From Candidatus Enterousia scatequi (lineage in GTDB: Bacteria; Pseudomonadota; Alphaproteobacteria; Rs-D84): DNA of 64,000 nucleotides. The position numbers and the translations under genes were made by a program. Below are positions 9,000-19,371 of the stretch, piece after piece; positions within the stretch are counted from its first letter, which is position 1; every line of letters starts with the position of its first letter. The stretch spans positions 49,152 through 113,151 of the forward strand of contig JAGHVG010000003.1 in assembly GCA_018064405.1 (NCBI GenBank), given 5' to 3'. The notes beneath the pieces were generated by a model. The model saw only the letters and a list, made by a program, of their open reading frames with translations, had not been told where the DNA came from and ran no database searches.

Positions 9000-9058
9000 T
9001 TTGTTTTCCCTGTCTGTGCAATATAGCAACAGACAGGTGCAAAATCAAATAAAAATGA

Positions 9059-10759
9059 TTATCCGCGCAGTGGTATTTCCTGTAACTTTTCGTAGTTATT
9101 TTCACGCATATCATGCAACAAATCGCGAACCTCTTCACGTGAATATCCTAAACGTTTAAAGACACCCCAAACCAACCAAAAAGATGATTCAATAGTTTCT
9201 GGGAATGCCTCTGTTACGCCAGATTTTAACATTTCACGCGAATCGTATAAATTACGTGCACGTGCATATATCTTTACGTTTGGTGCAATCGCTTTGACAG
9301 ATAACACTGCGTTATGTGCCGTTTCTGAATTATCCAGTGCAATTACAACTGCACGCGTATTACGTGGGTTAAGGCCAAAACTGCGCAATACCGCGATACT
9401 TTTCACATCACCATATGCACAATTTAATCCCATTTCACGTCCAACCATCACAGCATTTACATCTGTATCAATTGCAATATATGAAATGTTTTTGGCGGAC
9501 AATATGCGCGCAACAATCTGACCAACACGGCCGAATCCGCAAATTACAACAGATGGTTTTGGAATATCCATCAGATGCAAATCTGCAATTTGTTTTTTAT
9601 TACCCAAACGACCCGTACGATACATACGATCATATATCCACAAAATTAGTGGTGACGTTATCATTGATAAAACAATTATCGCGATTAATATTTCCTGATG
9701 ATGCAAGGGGATTAAATCAATTCCACTGTTACGCATCATCTGTAACATTAACAATGCAAATTCACTGCCCTGGGCAAGTAAAACACCGATAAAGGCAGCA
9801 TCTTGAATCTTTAATCTGCGCACACGTGCAACCATAAATATTGCGGCAAATTTTATACCAACCAAACCGATTAAGCCAACTAATATAAAATACCAACGCG
9901 ATGCCAGGAAAGGTATATTTAACTCCATCCCTAATGCCACAAAGAACATCGCCAAAAATAATAATGTATATGGGGTTATTTCAGCACTAATTTGATGCCG
10001 GAATATCGTTTCTGATAATAAAATACCCGCCAAGAACCCACCCAATTCCATTGGCAAGCCGGTCAAACTGATAACCCACGCCCAAAAGAAAATATTTAAC
10101 AATACTGCCAACAACATCGCCTCACGCGATTTGAAACGCGCAACCATTCGTAATAATGGATTTAAAATCGCACGACCGATTATAATCGCACCACCCACAA
10201 GTAATATTGTTAACACAGATATATCTATCAGTGTTGCACCCAAATCAAGTGTTTTGCCCGCCACAACTGGAAACGCCGCCATCAATGCAATAGCGACTAA
10301 ATCTTGAAATAACAAAATGGAAAAACTTTGACGACCAACATATGTATTTAACTGATTTCGGCGTGTAAGTGTTGGTAAATCCTGAGATGTGCTGGACATT
10401 GCCAACATTAATGAAATCATTAAACATCCAATAACACCCCACGATGTAATATCAAACAATATCGGGAACAGCATTATTGCAACCATTAAAACCTGGGCAC
10501 CACCAAAACTGATTAAAGTTCTGCGCATCGCCCACATACGTGACATACTGATTTCCAAACCAATCATAAACCACAAAAACAATATGCCAATATCACCCAA
10601 TGTTGTCCAAATATTGTTCAATTCAAACAGACCAAATCCATATTTTCCAGATAATATCCCCGCCAGCAAAAACGCAATCAAAACACCAATTTTTGCATGG
10701 TTCATTACGCAGACAACAACAAACATTATAGATAAAAATATTAATATAGATGTCATCAT
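9059..10759 (-). CDS. kefB: CPA2-family monovalent cation/H+ antiporter with a TrkA-N (KTN) domain (KefB/KefC-like)
   Basis: 566 aa with 12-13 TMs and a C-terminal Rossmann motif (GFGRVGQIVARIL...AIDTD). Confidence 0.8.
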   Translation of the reverse strand: MMTSILIFLSIMFVVVCVMNHAKIGVLIAFLLAGILSGKYGFGLFELNNIWTTLGDIGILFLWFMIGLEISMSRMWAMRRTLISFGGAQVLMVAIMLFPILFDITSWGVIGCLMISLMLAMSSTSQDLPTLTRRNQLNTYVGRQSFSILLFQDLVAIALMAAFPVVAGKTLDLGATLIDISVLTILLVGGAIIIGRAILNPLLRMVARFKSREAMLLAVLLNIFFWAWVISLTGLPMELGGFLAGILLSETIFRHQISAEITPYTLLFLAMFFVALGMELNIPFLASRWYFILVGLIGLVGIKFAAIFMVARVRRLKIQDAAFIGVLLAQGSEFALLMLQMMRNSGIDLIPLHHQEILIAIIVLSMITSPLILWIYDRMYRTGRLGNKKQIADLHLMDIPKPSVVICGFGRVGQIVARILSAKNISYIAIDTDVNAVMVGREMGLNCAYGDVKSIAVLRSFGLNPRNTRAVVIALDNSETAHNAVLSVKAIAPNVKIYARARNLYDSREMLKSGVTEAFPETIESSFWLVWGVFKRLGYSREEVRDLLHDMRENNYEKLQEIPLRG

Positions 10760-10817
10760 GTGTTTCTCTCTCCTCTTTACCTTGAACTCAAAAAATACTA
10801 TGGCACAAAGATAAAAT

Positions 10818-11651
10818 TTATACCACCAGTTTTTTTGCGATTTCTAAAAATTTTTCGGGGCTTAAATTTTCGGCGCGTTCTGTCCCAGACAATCCAAACA
10901 CCGACCAATCAACACCCGCAATTATTCCGCGTATCATTTTGCGACGTGTTGAAAATAATTTAGCCGTCAAATTTTCAACATTTTTTATATTTGTTATAGA
11001 ATTAATTTTTTTATCATTTGGTATTATTTGAACAACCGCAGATTGAACCTTGGGCTGTGGCACAAATGCAGTATTTGGAACATTAAACAAAATTTTTGCA
11101 TCTGCGACCAAACTGGTTAATACCGACAGGCGACCATATGCCTTGTCCCCAACGTGTGCAACGATACGGTCTGCAACCTCACGCTGAAACATCAATGTCA
11201 TAGATTTTATTTTTGGTGATTTATTTTCTGCGACAATATGCAACCAATTTATTAACAATTCTGTTCCGACATTATACGGCAGATTTGAACATAACGCATA
11301 ACTGTTTACACCAAATTTTGTAAAATCTGTTTTTAACGCATCACCATAAACAACCGTTAAACGCCCATTTGATGCAGATTCAATTTGTGACAAAATTGGT
11401 TCTGTCGCCCTATCCTTTTCAATTGCGATAACACGCTTTGCACCCGCCATCAATAGTGCACGTGTCAGACCAGCTGGGCCGGGTCCAACCTCTATCACAA
11501 CACTATTTGTTATATCAGGAACACTGCGTGCGATACGACCAGTTAAGTTCAAATCAAACAAAAAATTCTGGCCGAATTGCTTTTTGGGTTCCAGACCTGC
11601 AGAACGCATCATATCTGATACAGGTGGTAAAGATGCAATCATATCAGTCAT
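10818..11651 (-). CDS. rsmA: 16S rRNA (adenine1518/1519-N6)-dimethyltransferase
   Basis: Motifs QNFLFD and VIEVGPGPAGLTRAL; 277 aa. Confidence 0.9.
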   Translation of the reverse strand: MTDMIASLPPVSDMMRSAGLEPKKQFGQNFLFDLNLTGRIARSVPDITNSVVIEVGPGPAGLTRALLMAGAKRVIAIEKDRATEPILSQIESASNGRLTVVYGDALKTDFTKFGVNSYALCSNLPYNVGTELLINWLHIVAENKSPKIKSMTLMFQREVADRIVAHVGDKAYGRLSVLTSLVADAKILFNVPNTAFVPQPKVQSAVVQIIPNDKKINSITNIKNVENLTAKLFSTRRKMIRGIIAGVDWSVFGLSGTERAENLSPEKFLEIAKKLVV

Positions 11652-12241
11652 AACTTTTTACGCCCCCCAAATGCCAACGTTAATGTTCCGTCATCAATAT
11701 AATCCAGATCCCCACCCAATGGCATTCCAGATGCCAGTTCTGAAAACGCAATATTATGTGCATCACCGATAACCGACATAATGTATGACTGAGTTGTTTT
11801 ACCTTCAACTGTATTTGGCAAGGCAAAAATTATTTCGATAATATTTTCGTTTTTTATTCTGGCGGATATAGATGCGATATTTAAATCATCCGGCATTGTG
11901 CCATTTGCCCCAGATATCACACCACCTGTGATATGGTAACGCCCAAAATAAAACCCTGATTTTTCAATTACCCACACATCCGCCATATCGCGCACAACAC
12001 ATAATTGACCGTTAGAACGTTCATGGTTAGAACAAAATTCACACATATCTTTATCAGTTAAAACGCCGCAATTTTTACATGTATGAATCGTTTCTGCGGC
12101 GGATTGTAACGCAGCCGCCAATGCGGTTGCACGCCCCGTCTTATCCTGTAACAATGCCAAAACAATACGCTGGGCGGCACGCGATCCAACACGTGGTAAT
12201 TTTGCAAACATCTTTATTAATTTTTCAATCTGCGAATTCAT
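11648..12241 (-). CDS. recR: recombination protein RecR
   Basis: From MNSQIEKLIKMFAKLPRVGSRAAQR. Has the C4 zinc finger (CKNCGVL...CEFC) and a Toprim domain. The annotated ORF extends to 12382, but that extension would overlap dacC. Confidence 0.85.
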   Translation of the reverse strand: MNSQIEKLIKMFAKLPRVGSRAAQRIVLALLQDKTGRATALAAALQSAAETIHTCKNCGVLTDKDMCEFCSNHERSNGQLCVVRDMADVWVIEKSGFYFGRYHITGGVISGANGTMPDDLNIASISARIKNENIIEIIFALPNTVEGKTTQSYIMSVIGDAHNIAFSELASGMPLGGDLDYIDDGTLTLAFGGRKKL

Positions 12242-12254
12242 TCTGACACCCCAA

Positions 12255-13373
12255 TTAATGAAACACATAACAATCAATACCGTTGGCGATGGCTTTGTTT
12301 TTGATTGATTGTGCAGATGATTCAGATAGCCCAGACGCACGAACACGATATAGGCCGTTTGGTGCCTGGGAAATCGTTGCATTTACACCAATGGCGTTTT
12401 TAACCTTTTGCACCTGAGCATCAGCAGAACCGTACGATGAAAACGCACCAAATTGAACGCCCGCATTTCCAGATTGCACAACCGCCTTTGGTTTATCTGT
12501 TGCATATTGTGCCATCGGATTATTCTGGGTAATTGGATGTGATTCAACCACAGATGCAGGCGCAACATCTGCGGGGGCAGTTTCACCAATAATATTAAAA
12601 CCACGATTTAACATATTTGTTGCAGTAGATGCACGAACATCCTTGTCATTTGCACCCAAAACGACCGCTATCAAATGCGTATTTCTACGATGTGCCGTTG
12701 CAACCAATGAATATTTTGATTTGTTTGTGAATCCTGTTTTCATGCCATCACACCCGGGATACACGCCCAACAGGCGATTGCCGTTTGTGTATGTTTTGCC
12801 ACCGAATGTCCATGTTTTAATTCCGAAATACTTCCAATATTGTGGGTAATGTTTATATACCGCAACCGCCAATAGCGCGATATCACGTGCGGTTGATAAA
12901 TGATCATCATTTGGCAGACCCGATGAATTTTCAAAATTTGTGTTTGTTAATCCGATTTCACGTGCAACACGTGTCATTAAATCTGCAAAATTACCCTCCT
13001 TGCCGCCCTGCAGGTTTTCCGCCAAAACACGCGCGACATCATTTGCACTGTGCACTGCGACCGCCTTGATTGCATCTTCAACACTGATTTTGCTTCCCGC
13101 AGACAACCCCAGTTTTACCGGTTCTGCATTTGCCGCATTGTTTGACACAATTAAATAATCATCCAAATGCAGACGTCCATGTTCCAGTGCATCAAACGTT
13201 AAATACAGTGTCATAATCTTGGTCAAACTGGCGGGGTAATTCGCAACATTTGCATTTTCAGAATATAAAACACGCCCTGTATCCATATCTGCAACCAGCG
13301 CAGCACGATAGCCAGCCGCATTTGCGCCAAAAAACACAAATAAAGTTACTAAAAATGCGAAAAGGTTCCTCAT
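12255..13373 (-). CDS. dacC: D-alanyl-D-alanine carboxypeptidase (S11, PBP5/6-like) with a C-terminal SPOR domain
   Basis: Signal peptide; SxxK motif (ASLTKIM); SGN and KTG motifs. The C-terminus is SPOR-like (GVQFGAFSSYGSADAQ...GLYRVRASGLSESSAQSI). Confidence 0.8.
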   Translation of the reverse strand: MRNLFAFLVTLFVFFGANAAGYRAALVADMDTGRVLYSENANVANYPASLTKIMTLYLTFDALEHGRLHLDDYLIVSNNAANAEPVKLGLSAGSKISVEDAIKAVAVHSANDVARVLAENLQGGKEGNFADLMTRVAREIGLTNTNFENSSGLPNDDHLSTARDIALLAVAVYKHYPQYWKYFGIKTWTFGGKTYTNGNRLLGVYPGCDGMKTGFTNKSKYSLVATAHRRNTHLIAVVLGANDKDVRASTATNMLNRGFNIIGETAPADVAPASVVESHPITQNNPMAQYATDKPKAVVQSGNAGVQFGAFSSYGSADAQVQKVKNAIGVNATISQAPNGLYRVRASGLSESSAQSIKNKAIANGIDCYVFH

Positions 13374-13434
13374 GCCATATTAAGGTTAGTAAAAAAACAA
13401 TCAGCAGGTCAATAAATTTATAATGCCATAATTA

Positions 13435-14805
13435 TTACACCAATGTGCGTAAACTGATTTTTCGGTCATCAACAATTACAATATCACCAAAGTTGATTCC
13501 GCATGCATGCGCTGCGCCAAACGCATCGCGCATACCGAATAATTCAGGGTTATAAATCGGAATAACACCACGCGACAAACACAACTGGTTTGCAACAATT
13601 TCACTGCCACACACAGAAATAATCGGAACATCAGGACGACGGCACGCAATTTCAACACTGGTATTCCCATCCATATCAAAAACGACTATTGCTGGTGATT
13701 TATTCAATCGCACCATTGAAACCACCGAACGCGACCAATCATTGTCCGCACCACAATCAATATCAGACCAATCGTATGGATTTGCAATTGTATCCATATC
13801 TGCAAACGATAAAATCTTGGACATTGTTTCAATCGCCAAGATTGGATTTATGCCGACCGTTGTTTCCTCTGACGTCATGGTTGAATCAACACGCAAATAT
13901 GCGGATGTCGCGACATCTGAAATCTCTGCCCGTGTGGGGAATTCAGATTCCACCATTGATGCCAACATTTGTGTCGCCATAATCACAGGTCGATTCATAG
14001 ACCGGCACATGCGAATTATCTTACGCGATATAGATGGAACCTGTTCAAATGGAATCTCTATCGCCAAATCGCCACGCGCAACCATCACCGCATCAGATGC
14101 GGCAATAATATCGTGCAAGTCATCCAATGCCTGGGGGCGTTCTATTTTGGCAATTATTTTTATCGGCTTTGATGTGCGCGCCGTTATAAAATCACGCACA
14201 GATTCAATATCTGATGCGCGTTGAACAAAACTGACCGCGACAAAATCAGGATCCTTGGTTATGGCATATTCCAAATCCTGAATATCCTTGGGCGTTAACA
14301 CAGGTGTATCTATCAGTGTATCCGGCAGATTAAAACCACGCCGCGACCATATTTCATTTCCACGAACAACCGTTGTTGTCACAGCCCCCGGTTTAACATC
14401 CGAAACACGCATTTCTATTTTGCCATCATTTAATAACACCCTGTCCCCAATGTGCAAAGATTGCAACACATCATCATGCGGCAGGCACACACGACGCGAA
14501 TTACCCGGCCGCCTATCGTTATCAAAGGTAAATTTTTGCCCCACAACCAACTTATAATGCCCGTCTGTTTCAAAATCACCAATACGGTGTTTTGGGCCCT
14601 GCAGGTCAATAATTATTGCCACCGGCATATTTAATTCAGATGATATTTTACGAACAGAATCTATCTTATCCCCCTGAACATCACCAGTATCATGGCTAAA
14701 ATTAAGGCGTACAGCATTTGCACCCGAATGAATTAATCCCATCAAAACGTCAGGTGTTTCGGATTGCGGGCCGATAGATGCGGTTATCTTGGTAAATTTA
14801 TACAT
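13435..14805 (-). CDS. pyk: pyruvate kinase
   Basis: Starts MYKFTKITASIGPQS...; contains the K+-binding NFSHD motif. 456 aa. Confidence 0.92.
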   Translation of the reverse strand: MYKFTKITASIGPQSETPDVLMGLIHSGANAVRLNFSHDTGDVQGDKIDSVRKISSELNMPVAIIIDLQGPKHRIGDFETDGHYKLVVGQKFTFDNDRRPGNSRRVCLPHDDVLQSLHIGDRVLLNDGKIEMRVSDVKPGAVTTTVVRGNEIWSRRGFNLPDTLIDTPVLTPKDIQDLEYAITKDPDFVAVSFVQRASDIESVRDFITARTSKPIKIIAKIERPQALDDLHDIIAASDAVMVARGDLAIEIPFEQVPSISRKIIRMCRSMNRPVIMATQMLASMVESEFPTRAEISDVATSAYLRVDSTMTSEETTVGINPILAIETMSKILSFADMDTIANPYDWSDIDCGADNDWSRSVVSMVRLNKSPAIVVFDMDGNTSVEIACRRPDVPIISVCGSEIVANQLCLSRGVIPIYNPELFGMRDAFGAAHACGINFGDIVIVDDRKISLRTLV

Positions 14806-14876
14806 ATCTCTCTTCTTGATTTTTACAATTTATGGTATATCATATTGATAGCAAATAAACAAGGGGAAAACATACA

Positions 14877-15125
14877 ATGAAAAACGCAAATCACGGTTCA
14901 ATTGACAACGAACAACTGGTCAACATTATTGAAAGAATTGAAAAATTAAATGAAGAAACTGCTGCAATTGCCGCCGACATCAAGGAAATTTATAGCGAGG
15001 CCAAATCTGCAGGATTTGATCCAAAGTATATTCGTCAAATGATACGTTTGCGTAAACTGGACCCGGATGAATTAGATGAAGCAGACGAATTAACCCAAAT
15101 GTATAGAAACGCACTTGGTATATAA
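14877..15125 (+). CDS. gapR: DUF2312/GapR-like nucleoid-associated protein
   Basis: 82 aa reading NEQLVNIIERIEKLNEETAAIAADIKEIYSEAKSAGFDPKYIRQMIRLRK, the GapR signature. Confidence 0.7.
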   Translation: MKNANHGSIDNEQLVNIIERIEKLNEETAAIAADIKEIYSEAKSAGFDPKYIRQMIRLRKLDPDELDEADELTQMYRNALGI

Positions 15126-15439
15126 TGAAAACCTTTATAAAAAACATTGAAGATTTCACCTGCGCCCATTGTGGCGCAGTTGTTCATGGAAACGGATATA
15201 CAAATCATTGTCCAAAATGTTTGTGGTCCCGACATGTTGATAACAACCCTGGCGACAGATTGGCCGAATGTGGCGGCATGATGCACCCTATATCAGCCGA
15301 ACCAACAAGCGATGGTTTTATAATTACACATAAATGCGAAAAATGTGGCAAAACAAAAAAACAACACAGTGCGGCTGATGATGATGCCTCAATTTTAATT
15401 ACACTAACAACAAATCCTGAATTTATATTCGGGAAATAA
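15125..15439 (+). CDS. RNHCP domain zinc-ribbon protein
   Basis: Contains the literal motif YTNHCPKCLWSRHVD plus CEKCGK. The start overlaps the gapR stop (TAATG). Confidence 0.6.
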   Translation: MKTFIKNIEDFTCAHCGAVVHGNGYTNHCPKCLWSRHVDNNPGDRLAECGGMMHPISAEPTSDGFIITHKCEKCGKTKKQHSAADDDASILITLTTNPEFIFGK

Positions 15440-15445
15440 TCGGGC

Positions 15446-17446
15446 TTGACCGCGGTTGGCCTAAATTCCTATAATTTTTATATGCAGAATTTTTGGAAAA
15501 ATCAGAATCAAAATTTCTTTCTGTGGGTGCCGATTGTTATGGCATTTGGCGCCGCCCTATATTTCACATTAAACACAGAACCCGAAATTCAATATCCTGT
15601 TATTGCGACGCTATGTATGGTGATTATTATATTCGCAAAAAATTTAAACAAAATATTACGATTAATCGGAATATTTTTATTTGGGTTTCTGTATGCTGTG
15701 TCTTTTGCACGTCTGATAAGCACACCTATAATACCCTATCCATTGCGGGATATTAATACAGATGCAACCGTTATAAATATTGATTATGGTAGCGATAAAA
15801 ATCGGGCGATTTTGTCGGTTCCACTAAATGGTGGCTTGGCCAATGTTCGTCTGACATTACCAGAAATAACACAACCAATTCAAATTGGCGATAAAATCAA
15901 TATTAATGCGACATTGTTTCCACCAAACAAAATGGATGCACCCGATACATTTGATTATGCACGATGGGCATATTTTAATAATTTAAGCGCAACTGGTTTT
16001 ATCACAGAATATCAAGTCATCAACCACACGAATACAACATCATTTAACAATCTGCGTAATAATATTCACAACGATGCAAAATCAGTATTAACTGACGCAT
16101 TGATACTAGGGTATAAAAACGCATTACCGGAAACACAACACGACACGTGGACAAACGTTGGAATTGCACACATCTGGTCAATCAGCGGTTTTCATATGAC
16201 ATTAATCGGTGGATGGCTGTTCGTATTGTTTTATTCTATATTTCGCATGATTGGATTTATTACGCGCCGGATACCTGCGCGAATTCCTGCGACAATATGT
16301 GCATGGATTGGTTTAATATTTTACGTCGGTATATCTGGGGCCAGTGTTGCAACATTACGCGCATTTTTGATGACGTCACTGATATTCCTGGCGATAATAT
16401 TGGGACGTAATGTGATTAATTTGCGCAATGTATGTTTTGCCTTTTTAATTATATTTCTGATTAATCCGCACTACATAATGCAGGCGGGTTTTCAATTATC
16501 ATTTGCGGCAATTTTCGGTCTGATTTGGTTTTGGAACAGAAACAAAACAAATATATTTGATGAACCAGAACGTAAAAACAAAACACTAAACACAATATAT
16601 AAAATAATTATGACAACTGTTATTGCGACACTGTTCACATTGCCGTTTGTAATGACGCATTTTAATTCTGTTCCTGTATACACTTTGTTGGGAAACTTAA
16701 TATTACTGCCGATATTTTCATGTGTAATTATGCCATTGGTATTGATTGGCACACTATGCGCCGTATTTAACGTTCATATATTCTTAGATATGGCAAATTA
16801 TGTTTATGATTTTGCGCTAAATATTGCCACACACATATCAACGCTGCCCTTTGCAACATTAAACTTGCCACATATTTCAAACATCGCATTTACTATTATT
16901 ATTTTGGGTATGTTTATGATTATTTTTATAGTATCTACCAAGAAAGCAAACTATTTGATTGGTGGAACTTGTATTATGATTGGCATAATATGTATTATTG
17001 CAACCCCAAAGCCAGTGTTTTATATCACGGGTGACCACGAATTGATTGGTATGGTATATAATAACAAACTGGAATTTAATAAGGCACGTGCATCAAATCA
17101 CTATTTCGCGTTTAACACATTTAGAAAATTAAACGGTGAACCTGAATCAGAAATTAACACACGACATAAATGTCCAGATGGTGTTTGTATATATCAATCA
17201 GACAAATTCACGATTGCATATATTCAAAAATTTGTTCCACTAAACAAAAATTTTGGTGCGTTATGTAAAGACGGTTCCATAACCTATATAGCATCCTATT
17301 TTGATATACAATCAAAATTATGCGCAAATAAAATTTTACGTAATGGATTTGTAATCTATAAAAACGGGAAAATAAAATACACGCCAACTAATCGTTGGTG
17401 GCATATTCCGCACGAACAAAAAACAGCCCTGACGCCGGTGCCGTAG
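15446..17446 (+). CDS. comEC: ComEC/Rec2 DNA internalisation channel (competence domain only; no recognisable C-terminal metallo-beta-lactamase HxHxDH motif)
   Basis: Polytopic protein with the competence-domain motif WSISGFHMTLIGGWLFVLF. 666 aa. Confidence 0.75.
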   Translation: MTAVGLNSYNFYMQNFWKNQNQNFFLWVPIVMAFGAALYFTLNTEPEIQYPVIATLCMVIIIFAKNLNKILRLIGIFLFGFLYAVSFARLISTPIIPYPLRDINTDATVINIDYGSDKNRAILSVPLNGGLANVRLTLPEITQPIQIGDKININATLFPPNKMDAPDTFDYARWAYFNNLSATGFITEYQVINHTNTTSFNNLRNNIHNDAKSVLTDALILGYKNALPETQHDTWTNVGIAHIWSISGFHMTLIGGWLFVLFYSIFRMIGFITRRIPARIPATICAWIGLIFYVGISGASVATLRAFLMTSLIFLAIILGRNVINLRNVCFAFLIIFLINPHYIMQAGFQLSFAAIFGLIWFWNRNKTNIFDEPERKNKTLNTIYKIIMTTVIATLFTLPFVMTHFNSVPVYTLLGNLILLPIFSCVIMPLVLIGTLCAVFNVHIFLDMANYVYDFALNIATHISTLPFATLNLPHISNIAFTIIILGMFMIIFIVSTKKANYLIGGTCIMIGIICIIATPKPVFYITGDHELIGMVYNNKLEFNKARASNHYFAFNTFRKLNGEPESEINTRHKCPDGVCIYQSDKFTIAYIQKFVPLNKNFGALCKDGSITYIASYFDIQSKLCANKILRNGFVIYKNGKIKYTPTNRWWHIPHEQKTALTPVP

Positions 17447-18131
17447 GACCCGCAGCGCTGCGATTTTTCGCACCGAATATTGCATTTATATCATATGGTT
17501 TGCCCAAGCCAATTTCTACCAATGTTCCAACCATATTACGCACCTGGTGGTGTAAAAAAGAACGTGCAGAAAATTCAAAAATAATTTCATCACCGTTTTG
17601 TTTTATTTCACATCTGTCCAGCGTCTTGATTGGGGATTTTGCCTGACATTCAGACGACCTGAATGATGTAAAATCATGATTGCCAATTAACTTATTACCC
17701 GCATCCTGCATGGCAGCAACATCTAATTTACGCGGCACCCACCACACACGATTTTTATTTAACACAGGTTGTGCAGCACGATTTAACACAACATATTTAT
17801 AATGACGCGCAACACAAGAAAAACGCGCGTTAAAATCATCAGAAACAATCATACAACCCAACACTGAAACAGGTTTATCATTAAGATAAAAATTTAATGC
17901 ACGCATAACCGTATTTGCATCCGTATCAGATTGCAAATCAAAATGCGCACACATTGCAATTGCATGCACACCGGCATCTGTGCGCCCAGCAGCAATAACA
18001 TCTGGTTTCTCGCCACAAAATGATTTTACGGCATCTTTTATTAAAGATTGGACAGATGGTCCCTGGGTGTTTTCCTGCCACCCTATTAAATTCGTTCCAT
18101 CATATTCAAGAATTACTTTATATCGCGTCAT
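17388..18131 (-). CDS. truA: tRNA pseudouridine(38-40) synthase
   Basis: Catalytic motif GRTDAGVHA; 247 aa. Its 3' end overlaps the comEC 3' end by 59 bp (convergent). Confidence 0.9.
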   Translation of the reverse strand: MTRYKVILEYDGTNLIGWQENTQGPSVQSLIKDAVKSFCGEKPDVIAAGRTDAGVHAIAMCAHFDLQSDTDANTVMRALNFYLNDKPVSVLGCMIVSDDFNARFSCVARHYKYVVLNRAAQPVLNKNRVWWVPRKLDVAAMQDAGNKLIGNHDFTSFRSSECQAKSPIKTLDRCEIKQNGDEIIFEFSARSFLHHQVRNMVGTLVEIGLGKPYDINAIFGAKNRSAAGPTAPASGLFFVRAEYATND

Positions 18132-18134
18132 ATT

Positions 18135-18323
18135 TTATCTGCACTTACGGCATTTAATACATTTTTGCATCTGCGCATCAAAGTTTTTTGACACCCAAGA
18201 AATATATGTAACACAAGTGGCGCACTTATAACTAGGTACCTTGCAGCCCAGACATGGACATTTATTGTTTAGTTCTGAATCAGACACACTACATTTATGA
18301 AAACCACATTTTTTTACCGACAT
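18135..18323 (-). CDS. small cysteine-rich protein (62 aa, 10 Cys), paralog of the upstream ORF
   Basis: Reads MSVKKCGFHKCSVSDSELNNKCPCLGCKVPSYKCATC...CIKCRKCR. An AAAGGA SD lies 9 nt before the ATG. Its stop is 3 nt before the truA start. Confidence 0.5.
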   Translation of the reverse strand: MSVKKCGFHKCSVSDSELNNKCPCLGCKVPSYKCATCVTYISWVSKNFDAQMQKCIKCRKCR

Positions 18324-18338
18324 TCATCATCCTTTCGT

Positions 18339-18551
18339 TTAACGTTTTTTAAAAAAATGACATCTTGAGCAACGCATAAGCAATAAATTTTGCATATATT
18401 CCATATCACGAGCACATTTGGCAATTGAACAATTTGTACAATCTTCGCCCAGGCAACGTATACATTCACAACGCGAATACATCTTTGCAACATCGCCAAC
18501 CGTGGCATTACAAAATTGTGCAACAAAATCACATTTATCCAATTTTACCAT
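18339..18551 (-). CDS. small cysteine-rich protein (70 aa, 10 Cys)
   Basis: Reads MVKLDKCDFVAQFCNATVGDVAKMYSRCECIRCLGEDCTNCSIAKC...RCSRCHFFKKR. The ATG is 4 nt after the fmt stop. The Cys spacing parallels the 62-aa ORF (K-C-x-F...C; C-x-C-L-G...C; C-x-[RK]-C at the C-terminus). The longer 113-aa version would overlap fmt and is rejected. Confidence 0.45.
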   Translation of the reverse strand: MVKLDKCDFVAQFCNATVGDVAKMYSRCECIRCLGEDCTNCSIAKCARDMEYMQNLLLMRCSRCHFFKKR

Positions 18552-18555
18552 TTTG

Positions 18556-19371
18556 TTATTTACCCATAATAATATCTGCGCCACGCAGACCGTTAACAAA
18601 ACTTTCCCAATCCATTGGTTTTTTACCGTCTGGCTGGATACGCAATATTTCAAGTTTATTATCTGATATGCGCGTTTCAAGTATTTTTACCCCAATACTA
18701 TTTATAGTCGTACGCCCACCACCCAATGCACGAACCAAATTATGAATTTGCACAGGTTTAAGTTCCCAATCAATAATGGAATCTGAATTTGAAAATTTAT
18801 GTGTAAATGTTGGGGTTCCCATCTGTGCAATCGGAATATACCGGTCAGGTGCATCAAAATATTCGTTTAACATATCAACCGCCACAACAGAAACCTTATG
18901 CTCAACATCAGCATTTGTGTCGTTTATATCAATTTTTATATTCTTGCGTATTAAAATATCGCCAGCGTCCATCTCTTGGGTCATTTCCATCAGGCACACA
19001 TCCATATTATCGTCACCGTTTAATATCGCACTACGTATCGGTGACGGACCACGATATCGTGGCAAACTGCTGGGGTGAATGTTGATGCACTTTGCACTGG
19101 ATAAAACATTTTCCCCCAATATAACCCCATACGATATAACCACAATATATTCTGCCCCAGGATTAGTAAATTCCTTGATTGATGTATAAACCGGCAGACC
19201 TTTAGATTCCGCCCAAACATGAACCGGTGATTTTGTTAAAATTTGTTTGCGTCCCTGGGGTTTTGGGGCGCGCGTATAAACAGCCAAAATATCATGCTTG
19301 GTTGCCAGCGCATCAAACACAGGAACAACAAAATCGTTTGTACCCATCAATATCAATTTACGTTTTTGCAT
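18556..19371 (-). CDS. fmt: methionyl-tRNA formyltransferase
   Basis: Motifs HPSSLPRYRGPSPI and the C-terminal domain. Overlaps the def stop by 1 nt (classic def-fmt operon). Confidence 0.9.
   Translation of the reverse strand: MQKRKLILMGTNDFVVPVFDALATKHDILAVYTRAPKPQGRKQILTKSPVHVWAESKGLPVYTSIKEFTNPGAEYIVVISYGVILGENVLSSAKCINIHPSSLPRYRGPSPIRSAILNGDDNMDVCLMEMTQEMDAGDILIRKNIKIDINDTNADVEHKVSVVAVDMLNEYFDAPDRYIPIAQMGTPTFTHKFSNSDSIIDWELKPVQIHNLVRALGGGRTTINSIGVKILETRISDNKLEILRIQPDGKKPMDWESFVNGLRGADIIMGK

Noticed and set aside
18339-18680. Long 113-aa version of the second Cys-rich ORF
   Set aside because: The N-terminal 43 codons would overlap the conserved 3' end of fmt by 125 nt. The internal ATG at 18551 sits 4 nt after the fmt stop and gives a product parallel to the neighbouring 62-aa paralog.
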